In this document: piece by piece, positions 29,125-40,593 of the stretch
Numbering within the stretch: position 1 is the first letter of the stretch
How the letters are laid out: every line of letters starts with the position of its first letter
Assembly (NCBI GenBank): GCA_033549025.1
Contig: JAWSUS010000005.1
Location: 1-64,000 of the forward strand
Reading direction: 5' to 3'
Source of the DNA: Desulfuromonadales bacterium
GTDB lineage: Bacteria; Desulfobacterota; Desulfuromonadia; Desulfuromonadales; SZUA-540
DNA length: 64,000 nucleotides
Position numbers and translations under genes: made by a program
The notes under the pieces: generated by a model
What the model was told of the DNA's origin: nothing
Seen by the model: the letters and a program-made list of their open reading frames with translations, nothing else
The model's database searches: none

Positions 29125-30546
29125 TCAGAAATAAGCCTGCAAACCCTTTGGGGTCCATTCAAAACGGGCCAGACTTTCAAAGAGGTCATCCTCGAAGTAC
29201 GGCGAGAAAAGGGGAACGGAGGACAAAAAGGTCTGGGCAAAACGGCCGATCTCTTCGTCCTGAAGCTCGAAATCGGCCGCAACTTTGGCTCGTTCGACAA
29301 TGACTTGCTTCCTGTCGCCAAGTTTGACGGCGACAAAAGGATTGCGATAGCTGACAGCGGGCAGCTGCCGGGCCGTTGCGTAGGCGATCAGCAGGCGCAA
29401 GCCGGAAAAATCGATCAAGGGCCAGAGAGCCGGGTGGATGCTCAGGCGCTCGCCGTTGTGGCTCAGAGACCATTGCTCGCTGGGCGCAGACACGGCTTCG
29501 AGTTGGGCACGTTGGCGGGCGATGGCCTCGCTCGGTCCGGTCAGAGTCAGAGTGCGGATGTAGCCGCTTTCGGTAAGCTGCTCGTAGCCTTTGGTCAGGA
29601 AGGGGGCGTTGCGCAGCCGGGACGCGCAGTTCTGATAGCGATTTTTGTAGACGAAGGAACAGTAGTTGACCGGCAGGGGGATGCCCTGCTCGCGGCCATA
29701 TAGAATCAGCTCGAGCGCCGTCAGTTCCGAGTCGAGCACGGTGACCTTGTCGCCATGCAGGTAGGTGTAGCCGCGGGGGGCGAGGCGCTCGAAGTTGTAG
29801 GGGGTCAGGCGAAGCTGGTGCAGGTTGAGGTAATTCACACCGGCCTCGGCCATCTCGACCAATTTGGCCTGCATCAGCATTTTCTCTTCGGCGATGGCGG
29901 GGATCTCGACGGTCACGGTGGGGATGTGGCCGACGGCAAGGCGCAGCTTGTCGAGCCGGTAGCCGGTGGCGCCAATATCGAAGCGGATCTCGTCGAGGCC
30001 GGCGTCGCGCAGCCTCTTCATCAGGTCGGGGGTCGCCAGGGTGCCGTTGGTGTAGAGCCAGACGTGCATGTCGGCGCCGAAACGCTTTTTGATGGCCTCG
30101 ATGAAGGCGAGGGTGCGGTTGGGAGTCAGTAGCGGTTCGCCTCCGCTCATGCTGGCGCCGCGGAAGCCGAAACGCTCCAGATAGGTGACGTAGTCGGCCG
30201 GGGTGCGGAAGTCGACGGTGTTGGTGGTCGGCAGGCCGATGTCGTCCTGCGAAGCGGGGCAGTAGAAGCAGTCGCAGTTGCAGCGGCCGTTGACGAACAG
30301 GCAGGACCAGCTCCCCTCGGCGCAGAGCCGGCACCCCGGCGAGAGGTCGGTGCAGTCAAGCTTGGTGCCGCCGCAGCCGACCAGGGCCTTGCCCGCCAGG
30401 GCGTCGAGGAGTTCATGGCGCCGGGCGGAGGCCTGTTCGGCCTGCGCCGGCCCGAGAAAGGTGAGGCGGTCGTAGTGCTCGCCGTATTCGCTGCGGTTGC
30501 CTTCAACGAGCCGGGCTTTGCCTGCGGACGATATCCCTGTGATCAT
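29125..30546 (-). CDS. Radical SAM protein of unknown function (COG2108-like)
   Basis: SPGCRLCAEG, CNCDCFYC, SGGEPL, LYTNG, AGLDEIRFD and VEIPAI. ATG at 30546 follows GGAGG. Confidence 0.85.
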   Translation of the reverse strand: MITGISSAGKARLVEGNRSEYGEHYDRLTFLGPAQAEQASARRHELLDALAGKALVGCGGTKLDCTDLSPGCRLCAEGSWSCLFVNGRCNCDCFYCPASQDDIGLPTTNTVDFRTPADYVTYLERFGFRGASMSGGEPLLTPNRTLAFIEAIKKRFGADMHVWLYTNGTLATPDLMKRLRDAGLDEIRFDIGATGYRLDKLRLAVGHIPTVTVEIPAIAEEKMLMQAKLVEMAEAGVNYLNLHQLRLTPYNFERLAPRGYTYLHGDKVTVLDSELTALELILYGREQGIPLPVNYCSFVYKNRYQNCASRLRNAPFLTKGYEQLTESGYIRTLTLTGPSEAIARQRAQLEAVSAPSEQWSLSHNGERLSIHPALWPLIDFSGLRLLIAYATARQLPAVSYRNPFVAVKLGDRKQVIVERAKVAADFELQDEEIGRFAQTFLSSVPLFSPYFEDDLFESLARFEWTPKGLQAYF

Positions 30547-30711
30547 GCGGCCTCCGCGCCACGAAAAGACCCCCTTCGAAGGTGGTGAAGGGGGTGAAAG
30601 AGGCGCGGAATATAAATGATTTTTCGCCAGGAACAAAGAGATATTTTCGGGATGGCGAAGCTGGAGATTTTGTTCTGTTATTTCAGCAGGTTGTCAAGAT
30701 GGTATTTCCTC

Positions 30712-32118
30712 TTACGACTTGGGTTCCTCCCCCGGATTGGCGTGCATTTGACGATGCAGCGAGGCTGCCAGCCCGCCGATCAATAGCACGCCGGCGCCAA
30801 GAATCCCCCAGAGAAGATATTTCCTCCAGGGGATGGGCAGGGGGGCCGGCTGCAGCCTCTCTTCGCCCCCCAGCACGTACGGCTCACCGGCGATCGCCGC
30901 CGCAGGGGTCATCCTCGGCGTCTTGCCGTTGCGGTTGGCCCGCAGGAACGCTTCGACCGGCGTGTTTGGCGCAGACACCTGGCCGCTGCCGTAGGCGAGG
31001 CGGAAGGGGCCTTTGCCCTGGGCGAGAAAGACCAGGGTGTCGGGCTGCCAGCCGAACTCCAGCACCGGGGCGGGGTGACTGGTCTCGCCGTCCTGCTCGA
31101 AGGTCAGGAGCCAGTGGCGGTGCCGCGTCGGCGGGAGCATGATGGCATCGTTGCGCAGCTCCTGGCCACGGATATTCAGGGTGTAGACCATTCCTCGCCA
31201 GCGTTCGTGCCCGGGTTGCTTGCGGGTTGCGCCCGAAAAGAGCCGCACCTGCGCCAGGGTGTTGTTGCCGGGCAGGCGGATGCGCACCGAGTCGATGGGG
31301 ACAGCGCCGTCGAGATCCACCCGGTAGCTTCCCGGTTCGCCGGCGATGGGCATGGCCTCTTGCTCGAAGCTCTGGCGGGGGGGCTGCTCTACCGGGATGT
31401 CGGTACGGGTGACTACGGCGACGGACGCCAGGGCGAGGGGCTCCTGGCCGGCCGGCCAGCGCAGGCGCAGGTAGGTCGCCCGGGTGCGCGGCAGGGAAAT
31501 CTTCTGCTGTTCGAGATGATGCCCCTGCCAGGTCAGGTTGGCGACCGCGGCGGTGGCCAGGGGGCGCCAGACTTTGAGGTCGTCGCTCGCCTCGAGAATC
31601 GCCTGGCCCAGAAAGTTCGCTTCGGTCTGCTGCCAGCTCAGCTTCAGTCCGTCGATACCGTCTTCCAGGGCGCTCGCGTCGATCAGGTAGGCAGCGACCG
31701 GGGGGGCGGTGGAGGCAGGGGCCGATTCGTTCGCGCGCACATCGACGATGGTCCCTTCGGCCGAGCGTTCGACCCGCAGGGAGAGATCGTGGCCGAAGGA
31801 CTCCAGTTCTCCCCGCAGGGGAAAGAAGGGGAGCTCGGTGGTGAGTGTCTCTTCGCTCTGCCGGGTGCGGATCGGCTGGCGCAGGGTGTGGGGCACCACC
31901 TGGTCGTCGGCGTTGAAGACCCGCAGGTCGCCCAGGTCGTCGCGGGTGACTCCCTGGTAGACCGCGAGGGGAAGAATCACCTCGATCAGAGCGTTGTCCT
32001 CCGTCATCTCCAGGGGCAGGCCGTAGGCAAATGCGTCCGGTGCCGGGGCCGCCGCGGCTATGTCGGAAGCGCCGGCCAGAACCAGGGGCAGAATCAATGT
32101 GGCCAATAGGATTTTCAT
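30712..32118 (-). CDS. DUF3999-family exported protein with a C-terminal TM anchor
   Basis: Signal peptide, DLGDLRVFNA, EASDDL..W, LVFLAQGKGPFRLAYG and LLWGIL. ATGA-coupled to the upstream gene. Confidence 0.8.
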   Translation of the reverse strand: MKILLATLILPLVLAGASDIAAAAPAPDAFAYGLPLEMTEDNALIEVILPLAVYQGVTRDDLGDLRVFNADDQVVPHTLRQPIRTRQSEETLTTELPFFPLRGELESFGHDLSLRVERSAEGTIVDVRANESAPASTAPPVAAYLIDASALEDGIDGLKLSWQQTEANFLGQAILEASDDLKVWRPLATAAVANLTWQGHHLEQQKISLPRTRATYLRLRWPAGQEPLALASVAVVTRTDIPVEQPPRQSFEQEAMPIAGEPGSYRVDLDGAVPIDSVRIRLPGNNTLAQVRLFSGATRKQPGHERWRGMVYTLNIRGQELRNDAIMLPPTRHRHWLLTFEQDGETSHPAPVLEFGWQPDTLVFLAQGKGPFRLAYGSGQVSAPNTPVEAFLRANRNGKTPRMTPAAAIAGEPYVLGGEERLQPAPLPIPWRKYLLWGILGAGVLLIGGLAASLHRQMHANPGEEPKS

Positions 32119-34829
32119 GAGGCCTCCGAGCCTTCCCGGGCACGCAGGGGCAGAGGTGCCAGATAGCCGATGACCAGGCAGATCACCCCGACGCCGATGA
32201 AGGAGACGATGCGTTCGACCGTGCTGGTGTTGGCGAGGTCGACGGCAAAGAGTTTGAGGATGACGACGGCGACCAGGCCGGCCCCCACCAGCCACAACAC
32301 GCGCACCTGCCGGCGCGAGGCCCAGAGCATGATCATCAGGGCCGACAGGGTCCAGAAGATGGAGAGGGAGGTCTGCACCAGGTCGGAGGCAGCCATGGCT
32401 TGGGAGGAGAAACGCACCCCGCCCCAATGGTGCAGGGTGCGAATGAGCACGGCGTTGAGCCAGAAAAAGATGGTGCCGCCGAACAGCGCCAGCCGGGGAA
32501 CGCGCTCGAGACTGAAGGGCTGCTCCCCCAGATGGCGGATGAGCGTGGTGCTCCAGAATCCCATCGCCAAAAAGACAAAAGCCTGGGTCAGGTCGAGAGG
32601 GTTGAGCAGGGGAAGGTAAGGGAGCGGCCGCGCCCCGCCCGCATTGATCAGGTTAATCTGGATCGAGCCCACCCACAGAGCGAAGATCACCGGAGTCAAA
32701 CCGTAGACCAGGTAGGTCCGCCGGTAGTCCGTGAGGGGCCACACAGCGGCATTCCAGCGGCGGCTCAGGGCCAGAACGAACAGTGCCGGCACAAGGGCGC
32801 AGGTGACCAGCGGCCAGATATTGGCGCCGCCGACCAGGTGGTCGGTCCACCAGGCCGCCTCCCAGGTCACCAGGGCGATGAGCAGCAGCAGCGCCCCCAG
32901 GTGCAGGGTGGCGAGGTGCCGGGCCAGGCTGCTTTGCCGGTCACGATGGAGCAGGGTATAGAAAACCGCGAAGGCCAGCGGCCAGGCGATCACACCGCCG
33001 TTTGTGAAAGGATGGCGGTTCACGGTCCAGAACGCCTGGGCGAAGCAGAAGATCATGGCCGGCAGCAGCGCCTTGTAGACGTGCTTCATATCCTCCCAGC
33101 GCTGTTTTTCGCCGATGAAAAAGGCGAGGGCGGCGGAGAGAGCGAAGAAGGCCAGGCTGGTTGCCGGCCGGTACGGGGAGTGGACAAAGGTGTCGATCTC
33201 CTGCAGCCCGCCGCCGAACCACCACAGCAGCGCCCAGACCAGGGCGAGGGCGCTTTCCATGCGGGCGGTGGGGACGCTGTCGCGGTAACGGTAGAGAACC
33301 CCGGCGCTGAAGAAGCCGGCGAAGGCCACGGCCAGGCAGCCAAGAAAGGCGCTGTTGACCAGGGGGAGGTTCGGTGGCGGTACGGCGGCCGCCGTCAGGA
33401 AGGCAAAGCCGGCCAGAGGTTGAAGAGCGAGACCGAAGGCGCGGGGCATCCAGCGCCCCTTGCGGAGGGCGAGCCAGACAATGGCCGCCCCTTCAAGGGC
33501 CCAGGCGGCGGAGGTCCAGCGGCCGTCGAGGGCCAGGGGAATGGCGATGGTGCCGAGCACCACGCCCGTCGCCATGAAGGCCTCCACCAGGGTGCGCATG
33601 GCGGGACCGCCGCGGCGGAATAGCGCCCAGGCGGTACCGGTATAGAGCAGTCCCGCCGCCAGGGCTGTCCAGGCCAGGCCGTATTCGTAGGGCTTCACCA
33701 GCACGGCCTGCAGACCGAAGCAGACGATGGGGGTGCCGAACACCAGGGTGCCGTCGACGTACCCCTTGAAATCGAAGGGCTGATTGCGGGCGAAGAGAAT
33801 CCCCAGGGTGAAGTAGAAGAGGAAAAAGAGGATCAGGAAGGGCTCGGTGGTGGCAAATAGTTCGGGACGGTAGTTGCCGTGTCCCCACAGGGCGCCGATG
33901 GCGAAGGTGAAGACGAAGCCGAGCAGATTGAGTTCCCGCCAGGAGCGGTGCCAGGCGGTGTAGAAGATGCCGGCGTTGAGCAGGGCGTAATAGCTGAAGA
34001 GCATAACGTGATTCCCGCCGCCGGTCGAGGTCAGGATCGGCGCCAGAAAGCCGCCGAGGATGCCGATGACGGCGAGGCTGCGGGCGTCCTGCACGATGGC
34101 GAGGGTGGCCGAAAAGATCGACAGGGCGACGAGCAGGGGGAGAACCAGTCCCGCCGGCAGCAGGTGGTAGAGGTGCATCGCCGCGAAGATGGTCAGGTAG
34201 AGGATGCCGATCGCGGCCCCCTGGACGATCAGGGCGTAGGCCGGCTTTCGCGTCCGCAGGCGCCAGCCGAACAGCAGCAGGGCGATGGCACCCAGGCCGA
34301 CCCCCAGCAGACGGATTTCGATGGGAATAATATTGCGCTCGGCCGAGTATTTCAGCAGAAAGGCGACGCCGAAAAACAGCACTACCACCCCGGCTCGTAC
34401 CACCACGTTGCCGCCGGTGAAGTAGGAGACCAGGATGTTCCACAGCTCGATCTGGGGCGCCGGTTTCTGGGCAGGCTTCGGGCTTGGGCGGGGCGCCGCC
34501 GGGCGGGGTGGGGGTGGCGTCGGTTTGGCTGTTGCCGAGGGGGGCGCCGGCAGCGGTTCACTCTCGAACAGAAACTCCTCACTGAGGGCGGGCGACTCGT
34601 CCGGCGCTTCGGCGCGGCGGGGCTCAGTGGCTCCCTTGTCCGACGCTTGCGACTGCAGGGCCTCGTTCAGGCGATATTCCAGGTCGCTCAGACGGGTCTG
34701 CAAATGCTGCAGGCGCACCCACAGCCAGGCTAGGAGGCCGCCGATGAGGGCGCCTAGCAGAAAGCGGTTGTGGGAACTGTAGAGGAAGGCGCCCGCAAGC
34801 ACGCCGATCAGGGTGGCAACGATCTTCAT
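32115..34829 (-). CDS. DUF2339-family polytopic membrane protein
   Basis: FTGGN..VRAG..LFFGVAFLLKY, GGFLAPIL, WTSAAWALEGA and KLFAVDL...RIVSFIGVG. Confidence 0.88.
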   Translation of the reverse strand: MKIVATLIGVLAGAFLYSSHNRFLLGALIGGLLAWLWVRLQHLQTRLSDLEYRLNEALQSQASDKGATEPRRAEAPDESPALSEEFLFESEPLPAPPSATAKPTPPPPRPAAPRPSPKPAQKPAPQIELWNILVSYFTGGNVVVRAGVVVLFFGVAFLLKYSAERNIIPIEIRLLGVGLGAIALLLFGWRLRTRKPAYALIVQGAAIGILYLTIFAAMHLYHLLPAGLVLPLLVALSIFSATLAIVQDARSLAVIGILGGFLAPILTSTGGGNHVMLFSYYALLNAGIFYTAWHRSWRELNLLGFVFTFAIGALWGHGNYRPELFATTEPFLILFFLFYFTLGILFARNQPFDFKGYVDGTLVFGTPIVCFGLQAVLVKPYEYGLAWTALAAGLLYTGTAWALFRRGGPAMRTLVEAFMATGVVLGTIAIPLALDGRWTSAAWALEGAAIVWLALRKGRWMPRAFGLALQPLAGFAFLTAAAVPPPNLPLVNSAFLGCLAVAFAGFFSAGVLYRYRDSVPTARMESALALVWALLWWFGGGLQEIDTFVHSPYRPATSLAFFALSAALAFFIGEKQRWEDMKHVYKALLPAMIFCFAQAFWTVNRHPFTNGGVIAWPLAFAVFYTLLHRDRQSSLARHLATLHLGALLLLIALVTWEAAWWTDHLVGGANIWPLVTCALVPALFVLALSRRWNAAVWPLTDYRRTYLVYGLTPVIFALWVGSIQINLINAGGARPLPYLPLLNPLDLTQAFVFLAMGFWSTTLIRHLGEQPFSLERVPRLALFGGTIFFWLNAVLIRTLHHWGGVRFSSQAMAASDLVQTSLSIFWTLSALMIMLWASRRQVRVLWLVGAGLVAVVILKLFAVDLANTSTVERIVSFIGVGVICLVIGYLAPLPLRAREGSEAS

Positions 34830-35018
34830 GGTGTCTCCGCAGATGAAGGATGTGTCCGAAGCGATAGCCGGTTCGCCACGTGCATTGCAAAATTGTCACC
34901 AAGCCGGACCGGTCCTTTCATGTCCCGCAAAAACAGGAGATTAGCCTGTCCTTAGACGTTTTGCTCCTGGGCGGAGTCCGGTATTTGGCGGTCTGACGAC
35001 GCATTTACGAGGCCACCA

Positions 35019-35051
35019 TAAAAAAAGCCGACCCCGTGGGGCCGGCTTTTT
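35019..35051 (-). terminator. Terminator after purB
   Basis: A7-GCCGACCCC/GGGGCCGGC-T5. Confidence 0.75.
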
Positions 35052-35068
35052 CGCACCTAGGCGGTGAA

Positions 35069-36544
<1,476 letters not shown>

Positions 36545-36681
36545 TTATAAAAAATGATTGCATTGAGCAGATTGTTTTTCTATTATTTCGCAACTGTTAT
36601 AAAATTAGATAGTTAAAATTCGACGAATGTAGAACGTTGTAATAAAAATTCGCATATTTGATGTGAGCTTGGGGGCTGGTG

Positions 36682-37431
36682 ATGCGTGTCAGGGGGCGTG
36701 GCGATTACAGCGTGCAGTCTGTGGAGAATGCCTTGATGTTGCTTGAGGCGCTGGGCGAGCAGGATGACGAGGTGACCCTGTCTCAGCTGAGTGAGCGCCT
36801 GGGGATGAACAAGGCGAGTGTCTTTCGTCTGCTGGCGACCTTTGAGAACCGCGGGTATGTCGAGCGTCGGCAGGGGGCGGGGGGGTACGGCCTGGGGCCG
36901 CTGGCCTATGAGGTCGGTCAGAAGCTCCTGTCCCGGATGGATCTGTTGCGCAAGTCGAAGCCCGTTATGGAGGGGCTGGCCCGTGAGTATCGGGAGGCGG
37001 TCTACCTGGTGGTGCGTCGAGGGGAAGAGGCGCTGTTTCTGGATGGCGTCGACAGTTCGCACCAGGTGAAGGTGGTTTCTCTGGTGGGGAAACGGTTCCC
37101 GCTGGATGCCTGCGCGGCGGGCCGGGTATTGCAGGCTTTTGAGGGTGGTGGACCCACTGCGATGGCGGGCTGTCTGGAGGCTGTATTGCTGCCAGCTGAC
37201 GATGCGGCGATTCGCGAGTGCGGGGCCTGCGCCGATCTGCATGGCGTCGGGCTGGGCAGTGCCGCGCTGGCAGTGCCTCTGCTGGCTGGCGGCGGTCGGG
37301 CGATCGGGGCGCTGACCGTGGTGGGGCCCGACTTTCGCCTCGATGCCGACGGCTTGTCGATGCGGTTGCTGGCCGCCCTGTGCGGGGCCGCAGAGGTGGT
37401 CAATTCGCGAATGGGATTTGTTTCCGGTTGA
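36682..37431 (+). CDS. IclR-family transcriptional regulator
   Basis: VQSVENAL.LLEAL, HTH LSQLSERLGMNKASVFRLLATFE and effector domain G.RFPL.ACAAGR. Confidence 0.9.
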   Translation: MRVRGRGDYSVQSVENALMLLEALGEQDDEVTLSQLSERLGMNKASVFRLLATFENRGYVERRQGAGGYGLGPLAYEVGQKLLSRMDLLRKSKPVMEGLAREYREAVYLVVRRGEEALFLDGVDSSHQVKVVSLVGKRFPLDACAAGRVLQAFEGGGPTAMAGCLEAVLLPADDAAIRECGACADLHGVGLGSAALAVPLLAGGGRAIGALTVVGPDFRLDADGLSMRLLAALCGAAEVVNSRMGFVSG

Positions 37432-37557
37432 ATTGTGAAGCATTGGCGGGGACCGTTTTAGGTCGTTAAGTGGCTAAATTGAAATGCTTTTTTAAATTTT
37501 TCCGACGGCAGTCGCGAGGTTGTTTGTAAAAAATTCAAACAGAGTTTTAAATTTTTG

Positions 37558-37585
37558 TTGACATGTGAATTTCTTTGGCGATAAT
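37558..37585 (+). promoter_or_regulatory. Putative sigma70 promoter for the acetate permease operon
   Basis: TTGACA-N16-GATAAT in an AT-rich intergenic region. Confidence 0.5.
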
Positions 37586-37852
37586 TGGACGAAAGTCAAT
37601 GAAATAAGGTTTTGTTGAAAATAACAATGTTACTCGTATTTGGTTTACCTCGATTCAATGATGTGGTTAGAAGTGGCTTTCGATGTGGGGTTTCGCGTTC
37701 AATTAAACTACTTTTTTAGCTAGGAGGTGCTCGGGCAAAATAGACGAAACGATTTTTGCCGCTAGAATGAACATTGGGTTTAAAAACGAAAGGGAAGGTT
37801 TCGCATGGTGAAATGGCGGTGAGCCATTTTCCCCAACCAGGAGGAGGTTTTT

Positions 37853-38107
37853 ATGGACAGAAGTGCACAAGCGTATTGGAAGTCAGTTCTAACACTGGTG
37901 GCCCAGATCCTGGTGGTCTGGTTTGTGGTGTCCTACGGGGCGGGCATTATGTTTGCCGATGCCCTCAACAACATCAAGCTGGGTGGCTACCCCCTGGGCT
38001 TCTGGTTCGCTCAGCAGGGGTCGATGTACATCTTCGTGGCTCTTATCTTCATCTATGCGTATCTGATGAATAAGATCGACGAAAAATTTGACGTTCACGA
38101 GCAATAA
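37853..38107 (+). CDS. DUF4212 small membrane subunit of a solute:sodium symporter
   Basis: YW..., LGGYPLGFWFAQQGS; AGGAGG RBS. Confidence 0.9.
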   Translation: MDRSAQAYWKSVLTLVAQILVVWFVVSYGAGIMFADALNNIKLGGYPLGFWFAQQGSMYIFVALIFIYAYLMNKIDEKFDVHEQ

Positions 38108-38120
38108 GGGAGGAGCCCAC

Positions 38121-39932
38121 ATGAGTCTTGCAGCAATCACCTATCTGGTAGTTGGTCTCACTTTTGCTCTGTATATCGGCATCGCCATCTGGGCCCGGGC
38201 CGGGAGCACCAGTGAATTCTATGTCGCCGGCGGCGGCGTTCACCCTGTCCTGAACGGTATGGCTACCGGCGCTGACTGGATGTCGGCCGCCTCGTTCATC
38301 TCCATGGCTGGTCTGATCTCCAACATGGGCTACGGCGGCTCTCTCTTTCTTATGGGCTGGACCGGCGGCTACGTTCTGCTGGCTATGCTGTTGGCCCCCT
38401 ATCTGCGCAAGTTCGGTAAATTTACCGTGCCGCAGTTCGTCGGGGATCGTTTCTATTCCAAGGGGGCGAGCTCGGTGGCGGTCATCTGTCTGCTGACGGC
38501 TTCGCTGACCTACATCATCGGTCAGATGACCGGCGTCGGTGTCGCCTTCTCCCGCTTCCTCGGCGTCTCCAACTCTACCGGTATCTACATCGGTATGGCC
38601 ATCGTCTTCATGTACGCTGTTTTCGGCGGCATGAAGGGCATCACCTACACCCAGGTCGCCCAGTACTGCGTCCTGATTCTGGCTTACACCATTCCGGCCA
38701 TCTTCATCTCCCTGCAGTTGACCGGCAACCCCATCCCCCAGTTGGGCCTCGGCTCCGACATGGTAGGCAGCAGCGTCAGCCTGCTCGAGAAACTCAACCT
38801 CATCGTGACCGATCTCGGTTTCGCCGAATACACGACCTCGGTGCCGGGCAGCAAGCTGAACATGTTCGTCTACACCGTCTCCCTGATGATCGGTACGGCT
38901 GGTCTGCCCCACGTTATCGTGCGCTTCTTCACGGTGCCCAAGGTTAAGGACGCCCGTTACTCGGCTGGTTGGGCTCTGGTCTTCATCGCCATCCTCTACA
39001 CCACGGCGCCTGCCGTGGCCGCCATGGCCAAGATGAACCTGCACGCCACCGTCAACAAGGCCGTCATGTCGGATGGCGACATGTATGCCACGGAAAACAG
39101 CATCGTGTACGACGAGCGTCCGGCCTGGATGCAGCGTTGGGAAGTTACCGGCCTGCTCAAGTTCGAAGACAAGAACGGCGACGGCCGCATCCAGTACTAC
39201 AACGACAAGACCAAGAACCCCGAGGTTCTGGCCAAGGCCCAGGCGGCCGGCTGGCAGGGCAACGAGCTTTCGGTCAACGCCGATATCATGGTTCTGGCCA
39301 ATCCTGAGATCGCCATGCTGCCCAACTGGGTCATCGCCCTGGTTGCTGCCGGTGGTCTGGCCGCCGCTCTCTCCACCGCGGCCGGTCTGCTCCTCGCCAT
39401 CTCCTCGGCAATCTCCCATGACCTGCTCAAGGACATGTGGATGCCCAACATGAGTGAAAAAGGCGAACTGATGGCCGGTAAGATCGCCATGGCTTGCTCC
39501 ATCGTCGTGGCCGGCTACCTCGGTCTCAACCCGCCGGGCTTCGCCGCCGGTACCGTCGCTCTGGCCTTCGGTATCGCCGCCAGCTCCCTCTTCCCCTGTC
39601 TGATGATGGGTATCTTCAACAAGCGCATGAACAAAGAAGGCGCCATCGCCGGTATGCTCGCCGGTCTGCTGATCACCCTCTTCTACGTCTTCGCTCACAA
39701 GGGGATCTTCTTCATCAAGGGCACTGACTATCTCGGCCTGATCGGCGGCGCCAACTCTTTCTTCGGCATCACCCCCGAGGCCTTCGGCGCCATCGGTGCC
39801 CTGATCAACTTCGGTGTGGCTTATTTGGTCAGCAAAGTGACCGCTGCTCCCCCCGAGCACATCCAGCACCTGGTCGAAAGCGTTCGCGTACCTCGCGGCG
39901 CCAAGGCTGTGGATGGCAGCCACGGGCACTAG
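38121..39932 (+). CDS. actP: Sodium:solute symporter, ActP-like acetate/monocarboxylate permease
   Basis: FYVAGG, NGMATGADWMSAASF, GTAGLPHV.VRFFTVP and GGLAAALST. Codon usage looks like a highly expressed gene. Confidence 0.88.
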   Translation: MSLAAITYLVVGLTFALYIGIAIWARAGSTSEFYVAGGGVHPVLNGMATGADWMSAASFISMAGLISNMGYGGSLFLMGWTGGYVLLAMLLAPYLRKFGKFTVPQFVGDRFYSKGASSVAVICLLTASLTYIIGQMTGVGVAFSRFLGVSNSTGIYIGMAIVFMYAVFGGMKGITYTQVAQYCVLILAYTIPAIFISLQLTGNPIPQLGLGSDMVGSSVSLLEKLNLIVTDLGFAEYTTSVPGSKLNMFVYTVSLMIGTAGLPHVIVRFFTVPKVKDARYSAGWALVFIAILYTTAPAVAAMAKMNLHATVNKAVMSDGDMYATENSIVYDERPAWMQRWEVTGLLKFEDKNGDGRIQYYNDKTKNPEVLAKAQAAGWQGNELSVNADIMVLANPEIAMLPNWVIALVAAGGLAAALSTAAGLLLAISSAISHDLLKDMWMPNMSEKGELMAGKIAMACSIVVAGYLGLNPPGFAAGTVALAFGIAASSLFPCLMMGIFNKRMNKEGAIAGMLAGLLITLFYVFAHKGIFFIKGTDYLGLIGGANSFFGITPEAFGAIGALINFGVAYLVSKVTAAPPEHIQHLVESVRVPRGAKAVDGSHGH

Positions 39933-39975
39933 GATTTTTGTCAGACATGTACAGAATGGCAGTTTGATTTTCTTA

Positions 39976-40005
39976 CCCCGCCAGTGCGCTGGCGGGGTTT
40001 TTTTT
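39976..40005 (+). terminator. Intrinsic terminator after actP
   Basis: ACCCCGCCAG-TGCG-CTGGCGGGGT followed by a T-run. Confidence 0.85.
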
Positions 40006-40099
40006 CAGATTTTTATTGCTTGCGACCTCCATCATCGGGTAAAAATGGGTTCGTTTGAAACGGTGTTTTGGGTTTGTTGAAGATGACGGGAGTCTGATT

Positions 40100-40486
40100 A
40101 TGTTCGGCTACTACTTTAATTTCGTACTGCAATGGGTTTTGTTCCTCGCCCTTTTCCCCATGGCTTTCTTCTGGCTGCGGCGGGCCTGGCGGATATTCGG
40201 CAAGCGTGATTATTCCGAAGTCGCCCTCAGGCGGGGAGAGTCTCCTCCTCATCCCGAAAAATGGGCCACCCTCGTGGGACTGGTCAACCTGGCCGCCGGC
40301 CTGGTAGCCGTCGGAACCACCCTGGGGATTCTGCTCGGACTGGGGGCGCTGCGCGACCCGCAATCGTGGATCGCCGTGGCCGGTTCGACCATCTGGATCA
40401 AGATTTTCCTCGATTTCATCATCAGCCGGCAGGCCCATCCGATGAATCTGGGCCGCAAAAAGAAGAAAGACTCCTCCGCTTCCTGA
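40100..40486 (+). CDS. Small hypothetical membrane protein (~3 TM)
   Basis: 128-aa ORF with a GGGAG RBS, hydrophobic segments and a basic C-terminus. Confidence 0.7.
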   Translation: MFGYYFNFVLQWVLFLALFPMAFFWLRRAWRIFGKRDYSEVALRRGESPPHPEKWATLVGLVNLAAGLVAVGTTLGILLGLGALRDPQSWIAVAGSTIWIKIFLDFIISRQAHPMNLGRKKKKDSSAS

Positions 40487-40593
40487 TGGCGGAGAGGTTA
40501 GTGTGAAAAGTGAAAGAAGCTTCCCGTTCCAGGAGGCTTTTTTCGTATGGCGGAACAGCAGAACTAAGCGAGACGGCCAACAGCGGGGTTAGC

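Noticed and set aside
37732..37770. GGGCAAA...GAAA...GCCGC resembling a c-di-GMP-I (GEMM) riboswitch in the actP leader
   Set aside because: The stem around GAAA does not pair, and the GCAAA and second-hairpin elements are missing.
38049..39929. Long antisense or alternate-frame ORFs (for example 38049-39929, 40564-42486, 43679-45277, 56047-57675, 1798-3138, 35036-36439)
   Set aside because: They are shadows of well-supported genes on the opposite strand, caused by high GC3, and show no recognisable motifs.
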